DNA of 39,682 bases from the NCBI GenBank assembly GCA_910592345.1, contig CAJVPI010000242.1, positions 1 to 39,682 on the forward strand, written 5' to 3'. The notes below the pieces were generated by a model. The model was not told the DNA's origin. It ran no database searches and was given only the letters and a program-made list of their open reading frames with translations. This stretch comes from Paraglomus brasilianum (lineage: Eukaryota). Both the position numbers and the translations under genes were made by a program. Positions within the stretch are counted from its first letter, which is position 1, and every line of letters starts with the position of its first letter. Positions 23,104 through 36,102 of this stretch are shown in pieces.

Positions 23104-26043
23104 GCGGAATGGTAATCTTATCTTGGCCACTTTTTGACATACGACTATTGTAGTAAGTAATCAAGATGTTATAATTTTCTTTACTTTTTCTCCTGATGAC
23201 TGCAAGGTCTCCCTCTACTGAATTTAGCAGTGTTGAGACGACCACAATAACCGGAATCATATTTTGTTGTCTGAAGATGGATATCAGAATTAGCGTCTAT
23301 GAAACAGGCCCGAGTAAAGAAAAGAAAGTTAATTATTCTATCTGTATACATGACCTTTTTTTTAGAGACGGAGGTGAAGAAATTGAAACTCATAACAGAA
23401 CGAGAGGGAATTACCTTGACTGCCATATTGTTGTTCTTTACGTGTACACGTAATAAAATTTCTCAGGATTCATATGAATTGTTACATATCTACTGGTCGA
23501 CTATTTTGCATGCTATTTTGTTGGCATTTGTAATGTTGCGACGCGATGGGCCAGTTGGCATGTATTTGATAACATGTGTAAGAGAGTTACAGTAGGAATG
23601 TGTCAAATTGAATATAATAATAATATGCAACTTGCATTTCCGTCCCGAATATTATGTGAAGCACAATGAAGAATTCAATTATTTATATTCTAGCGTCAAC
23701 AATAGTTTTCTGATAGAATTTGAAATGGTTTTGCTTAATTTATTCCTTATCAGTAGGATGAAATCAAGATCATTAGATAAAAGAACGTCTTGATTAAATC
23801 AGATCGCAGTGACTATCTCACGAAGATTACAACTTAATTTCATACTTCGTCTTTCACACCCGCGATAGAAATGAATAAGACCGTGTTGAGGTCGCGCTTA
23901 CTGAGATGGCCTGTTAGTTGGTACAGAAATACCATCCAACTTCATCATATATCGTATGATTTTATGGTGACAATGATAAGCTACCATTACCATTGTCGTT
24001 TTGCCATCGCCACTGTCAGTTTGTTAATAAAGAGGCCAGGATGCGTATGATAAGTATGTCGTGGACGCGAATATCCCCTGGAGAAGTAAGAGTGGTTAGT
24101 ACCAGTAATATCTCTTGTTAGTTTTACTGTGAATATTGTAACGCATCAATAATCGTTCTCTAGCACATGAATCGAAACACAATCAACACGTTGACAAATG
24201 TGATTGTTTGTGGTTGACAGAGAAGACCAGAATACGCGTATCCACCATGATTGGTGAGCATTATAATACACATTCTCAACTGTTAATAAATGGCACCCGC
24301 CTATTCATTCATTCATATTAATCATGTTCTACACGCAAAATTACATACCTTGTCACCTCATCAACTCATACTACAAAGAATCTAACGATCCAACGCGTTG
24401 ACGATCCATTCGATGTTCTCGAAGGACTGGGTTTTCTTAATGATCGACACTTATACACGCGAATGACTATACGGACTGAAATGACGATGGATACTATGTC
24501 TTATGGAATTGGGTTTAAATGACTGGTTTAGATCTAGTCTGCGTTAATGAAGAGAAGAATTGTTCATAATCAAAATACGTGTTATCTAGAGATTATGTGA
24601 AAAGTGTGTTAATACATATAGCATATCAATAATATCAATTTTAAGACTTGATTGCGATAAGCGCACGGACCATGTTTCATTAGTAATGGGCCATAACCTT
24701 TATCAAGGAAATGGCCTAGTATTATGCATCATATAGCGTTCATAATAATTACGACAAGCATCTACCAAATCTCACCGTCAGATCTTTAAATATGTGCCGC
24801 TCGGCCACCCCTTGGCGTTTTCATAAACACTTTTTAATATTGTATACCCACTTGTCGTGTTCCAAAGACTTTTCTTGTGCGACTTGTTTAATGGAAATTC
24901 ACCATAACGTAATAAATATGCAGTAGACAAAAAAGTCTGGAACGTACAAATCAGAATTTGGTTTTTGCCCGATAAGGTTTAGTGTTAAACAGAAGGTTTT
25001 ATTTCAAATACTAATTTATCTATCTTGGGTTTGTGTTTGTATACCTGCAATATAACTCTAATCATCACTGATTCCCAAACAAAAAGTGGTATTAGTATGA
25101 TGCAAACTCTATGGTTTGTCATTTTACAAGAAATTATCAATAGCATACGTATTTATACTTGATCATTTATTCAACTTGCCTCTTGACATGTGACCCCGAC
25201 ATAGCGATAGGTTAATGATATTTTCTTTCGCGTTTTTAATAAGCTTATTATTAGGTTCTCAATTAATGCATTGGGTGCAAGTATCCTCGAACTGCTATGT
25301 GGTATCTGGGACCAAAAGCCACGATAATTTGCAGCTAGACTATCCCTAATGCAAGGCTATATGAAAATGAAATGCCAAGTACGTTGACGTTGTTGTTTTG
25401 TGAATAGTTTCATTAATTTGTTTTTTATGTTACTACTTTTTTAATAGTGTACGACTTTGTGGCAAGCTACACACAATGTTACGCATTGAAAAAAGTGCAA
25501 CTCCTTCTCGATCAGCAACTCGTAGGTATGTGATAATCAGAATTCATCAAACTTGACAAAGCTGACGACGATTGAAAGCGAAACCAATTCATTACTTAAA
25601 GATGCATCTCTGTTAACTACAGTGGCCTTTACGGTCCTTTAACCGGGATTACGACTGTAGACATTGAATCAAACGTATAAACAGATCAAGTGATGTTATT
25701 GTCGAGTTCTCAACAACTTATCAACCGAATACAATCTCGGAGTGCCATGAATCAGTAACGGGTAAACAATTGCACAGCGTGTCTGTCCGCACTTGCGCAT
25801 GGTAAATATTCTTTGATATAACATTGACGGGTAAGCCATTGTACTCTGCAAACTATCGAAAAAGCTATATTACCATGGCTTGAAGTAAATTTTCAAAGCG
25901 TAACCGAAATTCTCTTCTCGGAGTATCACTTATTACGGAGCACGGATCAATTATTTTTGAATGCGCCGATCATCCACCTCATTGGATGGTTTTTATCGGT
26001 GAGAATCACAAATCAGGCAAACCTTGTTCATCTACCCACGCAG

Positions 26044-26049
26044 ACGCGT
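26044..26049. promoter_or_regulatory. MCB-like element ACGCGT ~110 bp upstream of the NSE4 ATG
   Basis: Exact hexamer match in front of a DNA-repair gene; a single short motif only. Confidence 0.25.
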
Positions 26050-26152
26050 CTATTGCTGCGACATAGTCTTGATAGTACAAGTCTTCTGTCTTTGGCTTGA
26101 CAATAACTGGTTTGAACTAGACTTAATACACGCTTTTATAAGTATAAAAGAA

Positions 26153-27809
26153 ATGCCACCTAGTCATACTCGCGCCACCAACGACTCTAACAAAGAGAAC
26201 GCAATGGACGTCGATGTTCCCAATGAAGGAGGAGAGGAAGCTGTACCAACGACGAAAATAGAAGACGGTATCGAACATGAAGACTTTGACCCCAATCAAG
26301 ATAAAGAAGAAAAGAGGTGGTTAAGAAAAGCTTATCGAAATTTAATATTACAAACTGAAGGTCAGTGAGAAATACAAACGAACCTCGGAGGAAATGCCCT
26401 GAGAATGTGTTTAAATTGGAGTGGATCGAGTGTGGAGTAAGACTCCCCTTTACAATTGAACTGCAAACTCCAAGTTTTTTGAGGTAGACAAGTCAATGTT
26501 GGTTCTTTGTAAGCATCACATTGACTTTTACCAGTTCAATATCTGACTAGTACAACGGTTTCTGTTTTCTCTCAGAAAATCGCCAGGAATATCTCAGACC
26601 AGAGTCTGACGGACTTAAGAGGACTCTTAAGAAGGCAAACGAGTTATATCAAAAAGGTAAGAATGTATATACTCATTCAAGTGCGTCAACTTTAAACTAA
26701 TTTTACACCTCTGACTGTTAACAACAATTAGTCAAGCAAACGCATGAAGCAACCCTTGATTCTCGCCTGCTAGTTCTTTCGGGCGACCTCGGAGTACAGA
26801 AGGCCCGGTTGATGCGAGTGGATAGTAACGCATTTGATGCTGATGATTATATTACGAAACTTGTTACCTTCATGGGCGGTCGTCATATTGACGACGAAGA
26901 TGAAACTCCGAAATTAGACTGGAAAGCTCTTGGGAAGGTAGCGGCGGGGTTTACGGATCGCGTACCGGCTATGGACTTTATGTAGGTATTGAAATTTAAG
27001 GGAGAAGAAGTGATGGATGTGGATGAAAGTTGTTTGAAAACGTGAGCAAAAGTTGGATAATGAATATTGTGATTGTACTCGTAGGCTTGGTCCATTGTCG
27101 GTCGAACAGAAACAGCGAAAGGCGTCTGGTCCGCGCGCTCGGCTTGAGAAATGCAAAGAAGATCTGAAGCGACCGCAAGAGGTTAGTGTGGTCTAATCCC
27201 AATAGAGGTTTGTGTGTGTATATATTTTTCGTCTTACATTCTTTTTCTTTTCCAGATTAAAGAAGGAGATCTTATAAGAGAAGAAAACGAGACAACCCGT
27301 AATGTCGTCATGATCTACAAAATTCTTAAAGAAAATACCCCAATAAACATGTTCGAATTCATACTAAACCCCGAGTCGTATGGTCAGTCCGTTGAAAATT
27401 TGTTCTATGTTGCATTTTTGATACGGGATGGAAAGGCATGTATCGAGGACGAGACGGGGGAACCAATACTATGTAAGTCGCGCAAGAGCGAATGTCTAGC
27501 GTTTATCTTATACAATGGGTGTTAAATGCCATCGTTGCCATCGTGTGTTTTATAGCAATCTGCGAACCCCCGACACAAGAAGATTACCAGAATGGATTAA
27601 CGAAAAATCAACTAGTCATGGAATTGGATTATCACACATGGAAGGTGAGCAGTAATCATGTGACATTTGGAATATGTTGGTGATGTCGAAAACGTAATCT
27701 CATTGTCTCATATCTCATGCAGGATACAATTGAGTGCTACGGCATCGAACGATCAGTCATCGCTACAAGACGGAAGAAAGCAGTGACTAATGGAAGGTGG
27801 TATGCCTGA
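26153..27809 (+). CDS. NSE4: Smc5/6 complex kleisin subunit Nse4, ~7 exons
   Basis: RWLRKAYRNL, VKQTHEATLDSRLLV, DFMLGPLSVE, ENETTRNV, FILNPESYGQSVENLFYVAFLIRDG, and C-terminal WKDTIECYGIERSVI..WYA*. Confidence 0.95.
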
Positions 27810-29754
27810 TTACGCCTTAGTCAACGCTTTGCTTGTAGATCGTTTGTTAGTATATAATATAGTCGAGATAAATTTAATAAAGGATTATTGTACATTGACT
27901 TTTTCATCTGTGCAAACAATGGATAGAAGGCGTTATAAACTCTTATTACATTAACCGGATTAGATCACTCGGCTAATGAAAGTGCAGAGAACGCAGATAA
28001 TACAAGATATTAGAAATTGTCGTTCAGTTTCCAGCATAATTAATGTATTTTTAACATAGGTAGTTGCTATTTCCATGACTACCGAGGAACATTATCGCGC
28101 GTAACATTTGATGTACGCCTTATAGCAGTGATATGACTAACAAAGAAACATCATTTGCAAGAATATCGCATTGTGAGACACCATGAAGGGAATGTTAAGC
28201 GCTTGACTGTAATAATTGAGACTTGGTATGTATCGTTATGCTATTGCTACGCGATCAAGTGATGGGATCTATCTCACTAAATCAATGTGATTTCCATGTT
28301 AAATGAATCCAAGTGTATCATTATAAATTGTTTATCATTTGGGAATAGTATAGAAATGATTACAATAATAAAAGTTCGATGATAAAGACTATTGTATAAC
28401 GTCATACTCTTTTGTTAAATGTCACACCTAATAATATTGCGGCTTAACCTGATGCATGGCGCGTAAAAAAATGTAGAAAATCAATATCATAGAAGGAGGG
28501 GGCGTCCCTGCGTCGAGTTATTTATTTACTCTCTCAGAAGATTCCTATACAAATTGTATATTATTGCAAACGTAATTTTCGCCAATCTAAATCACTCCTG
28601 TCCACGTAAATTATCTAGGTTGAATAATTATAGCATAAATTCGGAACTGGAAGTGTTAGTATATATCGACATTCCAATCTTTACCTTGGGGCATCTATTC
28701 ACTGGCAAGACTATAGAAAAAATTATCACATCAATGCTACCCCCATGTCCTTGACCAAAGCAATGAAAATAGTGCACCTTTAGCGTTCAATCGTAGGTGC
28801 AACTAAATAAAGGAACGCAAAACTCCAAAGCAATGAAAATAGACAATGTCTTTTCTGCCGAAATTATGTATTTCTCCAGATTATCTTTCCAAACTATCGA
28901 TGCTCCCCGTAAAAGATGCAATAATGAAAAATGTAAAAAGCTTGCAAATTATGTATAGCAACTATCATGTATTCAGTCAAGCGCATTCCATCTACAGATT
29001 TATCTAACCGGCGATATTATAAATCGATTCATTCATTAATAATACTAAGTAATTTCCTTATTAGAGCAGGGAGCCTTTATCAGGGACATATTAATAGATG
29101 TAATAGTAATAGATCAAAATTTGTTATTGTGGTATCATAGAGCGATCTCTACCCAAACTAGTATCGGGCCACCTCATTATCGCATGGCGCACTTTTTTTC
29201 GCCATCACTTTGTCACTCGTCATACGCGTTGTGAATAAAAGTTCCTCGCGATAGTCACTCGTCATACGCCTTCTGATAATAGTCAGCAACTTCTTCATTT
29301 TACATAACATTAACCGACCCCGCAATAAAATGTCCAAATCAACATTCACGAATATTTTAAAAAGAATCCCGCGGATTGGAATATTGTTGATTTTTAAACG
29401 AGTGCGATATAGAACCGTTTAGCACAAAGGTAGACAGGTATATAAAAGGTCTTGAAGGCATTGCTAACTGTCAGCAAGGAGAAGGGCCGAAAGAGCACAA
29501 CTGCTATTTGAAAGATTTAAAAGAAAAAGTGGCGTGAACGGGGGCTTTCTAGGCTGCTGGTCATTCAAAGTTTTTAGCCGAGCCACGAAACTGGTACTGG
29601 CACACAGGTGACTTTCTAGGTTATCTGATGCAAAAGGTTTCTAGCCGATCCAGTACTGGACCCACTGGGGCACAGTTGGCTTTCTAGATGGGCTGATGTT
29701 CTGGTGGGATTAAAAAAATGTCAGTCAAGAATCGTTACTAATTTCCATGGCCAT

Positions 29755-30340
29755 AAAAAATCAAATGGATGGGAGAAGAAGCACTCGCAGAGTTAATTAA
29801 CATTCACCAATCAATTAATGGGAACTTAAATGGGCCTGTAATAAATGGAAGAACAGTTGAAAATATAACCAGTAAGTCTCTGATACAAAACATGTGGGAA
29901 CAATAAAATTGTCCAAAAGCAATGCATTGAAAAGAAAGAAGAGGTAGGTCCTTAAATCATGATTAGCTATACAGCTCTGAAAGATGTCTATTATTCATGA
30001 TTATCTTATTTTTTATGACTTCCCTTAGGAGGGAGAATCTTCTTCAACTAGGATGGATCTGAGAAAAAGAAAATCAGTATGTTACAGTGAAAGTTCAATG
30101 TCAGAAGCAGAGACAAGTTCAGATTACGAAGAGGGTGAAGATGAGAGTACTTGCAAAGAGAAAACTAATATACAAGAAAAAGATGTCAGTTGTCAGGATT
30201 GAGACCTAAGTACAATGTATTCCTTGGGTAATGCTTGGGTCAAACCATGACAGGATTTTAAAGATTTACATGAATGCAAGTGAGATAGAGATTGGATTCT
30301 TAGAGGTTGTAGGGAATGCAATGGTTGTGGATCTTAAAAA
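29755..30340 (+). pseudogene. Decayed, unidentified coding relic (probably TE-derived)
   Basis: Frame EGESSSTRMDLRKRKSVCYSESS..SSDYEEGEDES..CRECNGCG is interrupted by several TGA codons; the region is CpG-poor. Confidence 0.35.
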
Positions 30341-30658
30341 ATATCATGAAGATGCAGAGAAATTGTTTAATGGTTTGTAATTGCCAAATATTTATGTCTT
30401 AACACAGGTAGAAGTAGTCCAAAACTGCCAGCACTAAATCTGACAAATTTCAGCATTCAGTATCTGAGATGGATCAAATTTCAGCCATACTGTAATGTTT
30501 TCATAGATTTCATCTTAAATATGGCATTGCAATAGGCACTTCCTGTTCACAATGCTCCACCACTGATGTTAACACTCTATGTAACTGCAAGTTAGATTGT
30601 ATTAATAACAGGTGTGCATGTAAAAGAGTGGGTGATATTATAATTAATATAAAGTATA

Positions 30659-31445
30659 CAGTGTGTTAAGAAAAAAATTGGCCTCTAGACACATAAAACT
30701 TAAAGCACATTCTTTCCATAGAGTATAATAAATGCATCATATTTTTTTTTGAAAACAAAAACAAACCATAAGGCTTGCAATTTGAGCCCTTAAACTTTAT
30801 TTTTTTGTCTGTTAAAGATGACTGAAAACAAGCTTAATTCTCAACGCCAAACACTTATGCATTTTTGGAATAATGGAGTCCAATCTCAAACAAAACTCCA
30901 CAAAATTACTGGCATTCCCCTTTCAACAATTAAGTATAATATTCAAAAATTAAAAAAAAAAAACTGGTAATGTTATGCATAGACGAGGTAATGGATGTTG
31001 AAAGAAAATAGAGTCCAATAAATTGCATGAACTTAAGCAATACATTCATAAAGATAATTCTGTGTCTTTGTGACCCTTGGCCACCAAAATTTCTGGGGAT
31101 GGAGTTGAAGTATTACATGTAACGGTTGGAGCGCGTTTAAGAGAGCTTGGTTATAAAAGTGGCCTTTCAAATGGCACACCAATGCTAACAGCTGACCAAA
31201 AGGCAAACCGAGTTGCATGGGCCACAAATCACTTAAATGACCAATGGGAAAGGGCCTTATTTTCAGATGAAACAGCTTTTCAACTGTTTAGAAATACAAT
31301 ATCAGTTTGGTATAAAGGTCCTAGACCAATATGGCTACTTCCTAAAAATTGCCAAAAGGTTTTTGCCTGGGGTGGGTTTTGTGCCAAGGGCAAACCCAGT
31401 TTCTGTTTTACAGCCATCATGGATGCAAGGTTTTACACAGAAATA
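30659..31445 (+). mobile_element. Truncated Tc1-family DNA transposon with a pseudogenised transposase (ATG 30818)
   Basis: TA|CAGTG left end at 30659. HTH-like KLHKITGIPLSTIKYNIQKL, then PMLT..RVAWA..WERALFSDET and VFAWGGF..MDARFYTEI. Frameshifts and stops are present, and it is cut before the second catalytic Asp. Confidence 0.9.
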
Positions 31446-31800
31446 ACCTGATACCGCTAAAAACCGATACCTCGCAAAACCGATACTTTTTTCAATTCCC
31501 GTGCAATTTATATATGATAAACCCCTCGTAAAACCGATATTACATATTAATATAGACCTTGCAAACCCGATAAACCGATATTTTTTTTGGCGATAGTCAT
31601 AATAGATTAAACCGATATAATGTAGTACAAATTAAAATTACGTGACCTGATTCTTGCAATTTCATTGGTCAACCAATGATCACATTATCAATTCTACATA
31701 TAAAGATTTCACATTAGCCAATAAGAAGCAAAAACCGATACCTCGCAAAACCGATAGAAAATGGTGAGGACAGCCACATCGGTTTTCCGAGGTTTGACTA
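31446..31800. mobile_element. pogo/Tigger-like MITE with a degraded left end
   Basis: About 8 direct AAACCGATA repeats, including AAAACCGATACCTCGCAAAACCGATA twice. Inverted right end ATCGGTTTTCCGAGGTTTGACTA followed by TA. Confidence 0.7.
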
Positions 31801-32138
31801 TATATAACCTAATTCTAATTATATAAAATTGGGGTTACCAGAGTTAATCAGGTGACAAATTTTGAGATGTATTGCAAGATGGACCAATCATAATCAACTG
31901 AAAGAACAGATATATTGCAAGATGGACCAAATGATCCCAGAACAATATACCTGTTATTATGCAGTGAAAGGGGTACAACAATAATAAGACCCGTTTTTGA
32001 TTTTCGTGCTCTTGTCACACACAACCCGCCAGACAACTATAAATTGAGACCCCGCAGCAATAGATCAAAATTTAGTTTTGACTATCGTATTCCAAAATGC
32101 CGCGAACGCCTACCACGTTCCATCGTTGGGTAGAAAAA

Positions 32139-33378
32139 ATGAACAAAGTTTGGGGGAATTTACTCCATCAATATCCCGAGATACCAAAATTTCTGACTGA
32201 AGAAGAGTAAGCAGACTCACGGTTTTTCTTTGAGAGTTTATTCGTTGTTGACTTGTATATTGTTTTCAGTTTACCCTTCCAGATCGGGGAAAATATTACG
32301 GTGAAAGATTATAATACCTTCCTCGATCGCAACGAATCATCCGGATATAAGTTTTATTGGAATAATAAAAAAGTATACATAATTGAGATGGCAAACCGGC
32401 GACATGAAAGTGTTACAACTGTGCTTTCCAGATGCTTTGATAGGCCTAATAACGGTGCGATAGTCGGTCCGCTAGAGGTTTCTCATCAACCATGTAAGAA
32501 ACTATCAATAAGTTACATGTTTTTTTGTAATAGCAATTCAAATTCTCTTCCAATAGTCCACCATAACCCAGTTGGCCAAGGAGAAAAAATAGCGCCAGAC
32601 CTTGCAGTTTGTCCAATTGATAATCTTGTTCAGCCAACACGTCCACATCCTGGATTTCCTCGCAGTGACTATGTTGTGCGTTGTAATATTTAATTATGAC
32701 ATTATCATTTTAAGCCGTTTTCTAACAAACCACGTTACACAGGGGTTACCTCATGCAAGAATCATCTGCGAAGTGGCTGATACTCAAACCACCGGTTCAT
32801 GGAATACCAAATGTGAAGCATGGATGCACGAGGAATATGTTCGCTGCGTGTTTGGTGTTAAACTTTATCCTGAAAAAACCTTACAAACAACTGTTCATCG
32901 AGCAATAATTGTATGTCTTTTATGTTTATGTGTTTATTATTCGGTTAGTTTCGACTAAGAGTATTTTTATTTTGCATTAGGCAAGGTTGTGGGTGCGTCG
33001 AGAAATCCCAGGTAGTGTGTTATCTTCAAACACAAGTTTGGTGGAAAAAGGCGTTTACGTTAAAGAGGTAAGATTGATCTACTCATACTGTCATATTTTT
33101 ATAATTAGATATCAAGTCAGACTAATTTTGCAAAATAATAGTGGGAATGCGGAACGATACGCAATAATTCGTCTACTCTTACCAACTGCAATGCTCCGGA
33201 TCTAGATGCGTTCAAAGTAACCATTCCTGTCTCAAATGTATTTTGGGACCCTCCAATTGTTCATGGTGTTCCGAAAACCGACGATTATGCTGTAGTGGTA
33301 CCAGATATAGTTGTTGGGAACAACTTTGTAATTGACTTATATGACATACAACGAGTAGTTCTACGTCGATTTACGTGA
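32139..33378 (+). CDS. Uma2-like PD-(D/E)xK restriction-endonuclease-fold protein; exons 32139-32206, 32270-32493, 32557-32675, 32743-32910, 32981-33067, 33142-33378
   Basis: Five GT-AG introns splice in frame. Motifs IIEMANRRHE, IAPDLAV, IICEVA, KCEAW and FVIDLYDIQ. The true 5' end may be disrupted, since the upstream frame 31915-32133 looks coding. Confidence 0.75.
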
Positions 33379-33831
33379 TTATGATATGGTAAATCAATTT
33401 GATTTTTATTAAATAACAGGCGACATCTGTTTATGGGGTCAGAACATGATGCCTTCTGGTACGTTTTCCTTCTTTCATTCGACCTTTTTAAAGCAGTTTG
33501 TAATATAGAAGTAGATCACATAATGGCAGGATAATATGTGACATTCGAGTTTAGTCGTAATACATACAGAAAGAACTTGTCAAATAATACCCATGTTTGC
33601 AAATAAAGTCTGACATACGTTAATCATGAGAAGCTCATGATTCATTTGAAAAGACTTTCCGATTATGGGGTTAAAAATTGGTTTGTTCTATAGCCAGAGC
33701 TCATTAAAATCCCTGTGGATTGGACCGTTAGCGTTTTTCTGAGCGGCAGTTATTGGTTTAGAAAATCTGCCAGTAGTGGAGTGCGTTATCTTTCTCCTTT
33801 ACGTACATATTTGGAAACTGGTCGCATATTA

Positions 33832-34015
33832 CAGTTGACACTGTTTATGCCGAACCTGTTTATACCGAACTCTGGATATAACGAACCAAAATTGCCAGAA
33901 CCGATTTTTTATAATTAATAACTCTGGATATAACGAATCTCTGGTAATAGAGAGCTCGGGTTATAACGAACGAAAACTCTTCAGCCGGGCAGTTCGGTAT
34001 AAACAGTGTTAACTG
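33832..34015. mobile_element. pogo/Tigger-like MITE (184 bp)
   Basis: 24-bp TIRs CAGTT(G/A)ACACTGTTTAT(G/A)CCGAAC with TA on both sides, plus internal CTCTGGATATAACGAA repeats. Confidence 0.9.
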
Positions 34016-34755
34016 TACATATATTTTATAAAAGGTTCCATTACTAGTAACTGTGGCAGATTTTTGTTACGCCACAGCGTAATTTGATCATCACATCAAG
34101 TTACCATAGTAATAGCGATAGTACTGTAGTATTAATGTTGACTGTGGCAGAACTTTGACTCATGGATCGTCATAACTATTACCTCATAGTCGTGGCAGAA
34201 TATCCATATACTAGTCGCCACGCAAATTTCGATTGCGATAAATTTGTTGTGGCAAACACTTTTGTCAGGTGAGTACACACAAGGAATTATGCAAATCAAA
34301 TTTTGGGCATACGAATCGTGGGAACAATAAATTATGGAATCGTGAATTAATTATTCTTTACCAGAAAAAGTTCTACATTTGGGTATGAAGAAAATTTCCT
34401 TATTCACGAAGTGAGCCAGTAAATTCGTTCTATTTGTTTTATTTTATTTTCTATTACTTGAACGACGCAAACGCAAACTCGAAAAAATAGGCAGTATGGC
34501 TAGATAGGCTAAATAAACAAAATATATTTATTTTCTTTTTTCTCATTGCTCGGCAATAAAATCAGGAGTCCGACGTCTGATCGTTAACAATGTTACCGAT
34601 TTTCGAAGTTTATATATTCTATCAGCCTGTGGTACCACAGGAAATATTTTACTTAGCATGCTTTACCCGCTGGCCGAAATTACACTTTTTAATCGGGAAT
34701 CTCCAGAAGAACGGTGAAAATAGTACTCGTTCGTTCGTTTTTTTCCCCCAAAAAA

Positions 34756-36102
34756 GTACATGTCATACGATCATTGACCAGCCATCAACGCAGCTATCGT
34801 GAAAATTTTTTTTTGAAAAAACGGAAAGCATCTTCTGCCGTCAATCTTCCTCCCACAGCATCAAAGTTTAAACGACGAGATATAGAGGCTCTGAATGTAA
34901 CTTTCTTTGGAGCTTCCGCTGAGAGTGATGTTATACCCAACGATGTTGAAGGTACGCTTTACCTTGTATCAGCAAGCCTTTCAGTGGATCTACTATGTAC
35001 CATTTAAATTTTGTTTAGTTACCAACTTCCCAGAAAAATATGTTCTGGATTATATTAATGGTGAAATGCTTGAAAAACGGAAGTTCGATGTCGAAAAGAT
35101 TCAAGGACTTACAGACAAGAAAGTTCAAACCTTTGTTGCAAACTTGCATGATGTTGTACAGAATAGTATTGAGACAGAAGGCACAACCGAAACTTATATT
35201 GATACGCTCGTAGATGATCTGCTCCGCATCACTAACATGGACGAGTGGCCCCTAAGAATCAAGTGAGTAATTCGGTATATAATAAATGTGGCAGATTAAA
35301 ACGAAATCGGATTAAACCGAAATTTGGGGGTCTTTTTGGATCCTCTTTTAATGCCTCCGAAACCCACATATACTATTCTATTAACAAAAGTTACCCTAAA
35401 TCCCATCCCAAATCCCAAAAAAAGCCCAGAAAATTGCCCCAAAAAATTTTAAATTTTCATATTAAAATAGAGAAATTTTTATTTTAATCCAATTTCGTTT
35501 TAATCTGTCAGAATAAACGTAATAGTTTCTAAAGTCTGCATTCTCTCGATCCAGAATTCACCCACCGTGCGAACTATACATCGATAATGAACCACATGTA
35601 TCATCAAAACCCGCATTTGTTGTGAAGAAGCGGAATTTTGGGCTTATTGTTGTAGAAGTATGTGTTTCTTTCTCAAGTTCTTGTTTACATATACATCAGC
35701 CAATATTAATATTTTTTTCCCCCGAATAGGACAAACATTTAAGAAATGTCAGAAATGTCGGGCAAAGCACAAAATTTGGGGAAACCCAGATTGCTATAAA
35801 GATTCTTGCTTGCGGTAGTGAGAATATGCGTTCCCTTGAAAAAGAAGCTATATGTTGATCAAACACTCTGGGCTATTCGCACAATCTCTACATACATTAC
35901 CTTTTATAAGGCTGAGATTCCTGCAACATATTGGACAGAACTTGATGACGGTCTGCCACAAGAACGGTCAATTGAGATTCAAAGATGGCCGCCTGACAAT
36001 GGTTTAGTGACTGGTTTTGATCTTTCTGAACCGGACGGAAGACGAGCGGTATTGACAGCATTAACCAAAATTCGCGAATCACTTTTACGGGAAGATGCAT
36101 AA
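34756..36102 (+). pseudogene. PD-(D/E)xK-like nuclease-fold gene, probably disabled; exons ~34756-34951, 35019-35262, 35555-35657, 35730-36102
   Basis: In-frame splicing gives SSKPAFVV..IVVEDKHL..FGETQIAIKILACGSEN..YITFYKAEI..GFDLSEPDGRRAVL. There is a 1-nt frameshift near 35850 and no in-frame ATG at the 5' end. Confidence 0.65.
35289..35510. mobile_element. MITE in intron (222 bp), MULE- or hAT-like
   Basis: ~27-bp TIRs TG(G/A)CAGATTAAAACGAAAT(C/T)GGATTAAA. Flanks TAATAAATG / GAATAAACG resemble a decayed 8-9 bp TSD. Confidence 0.8.
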
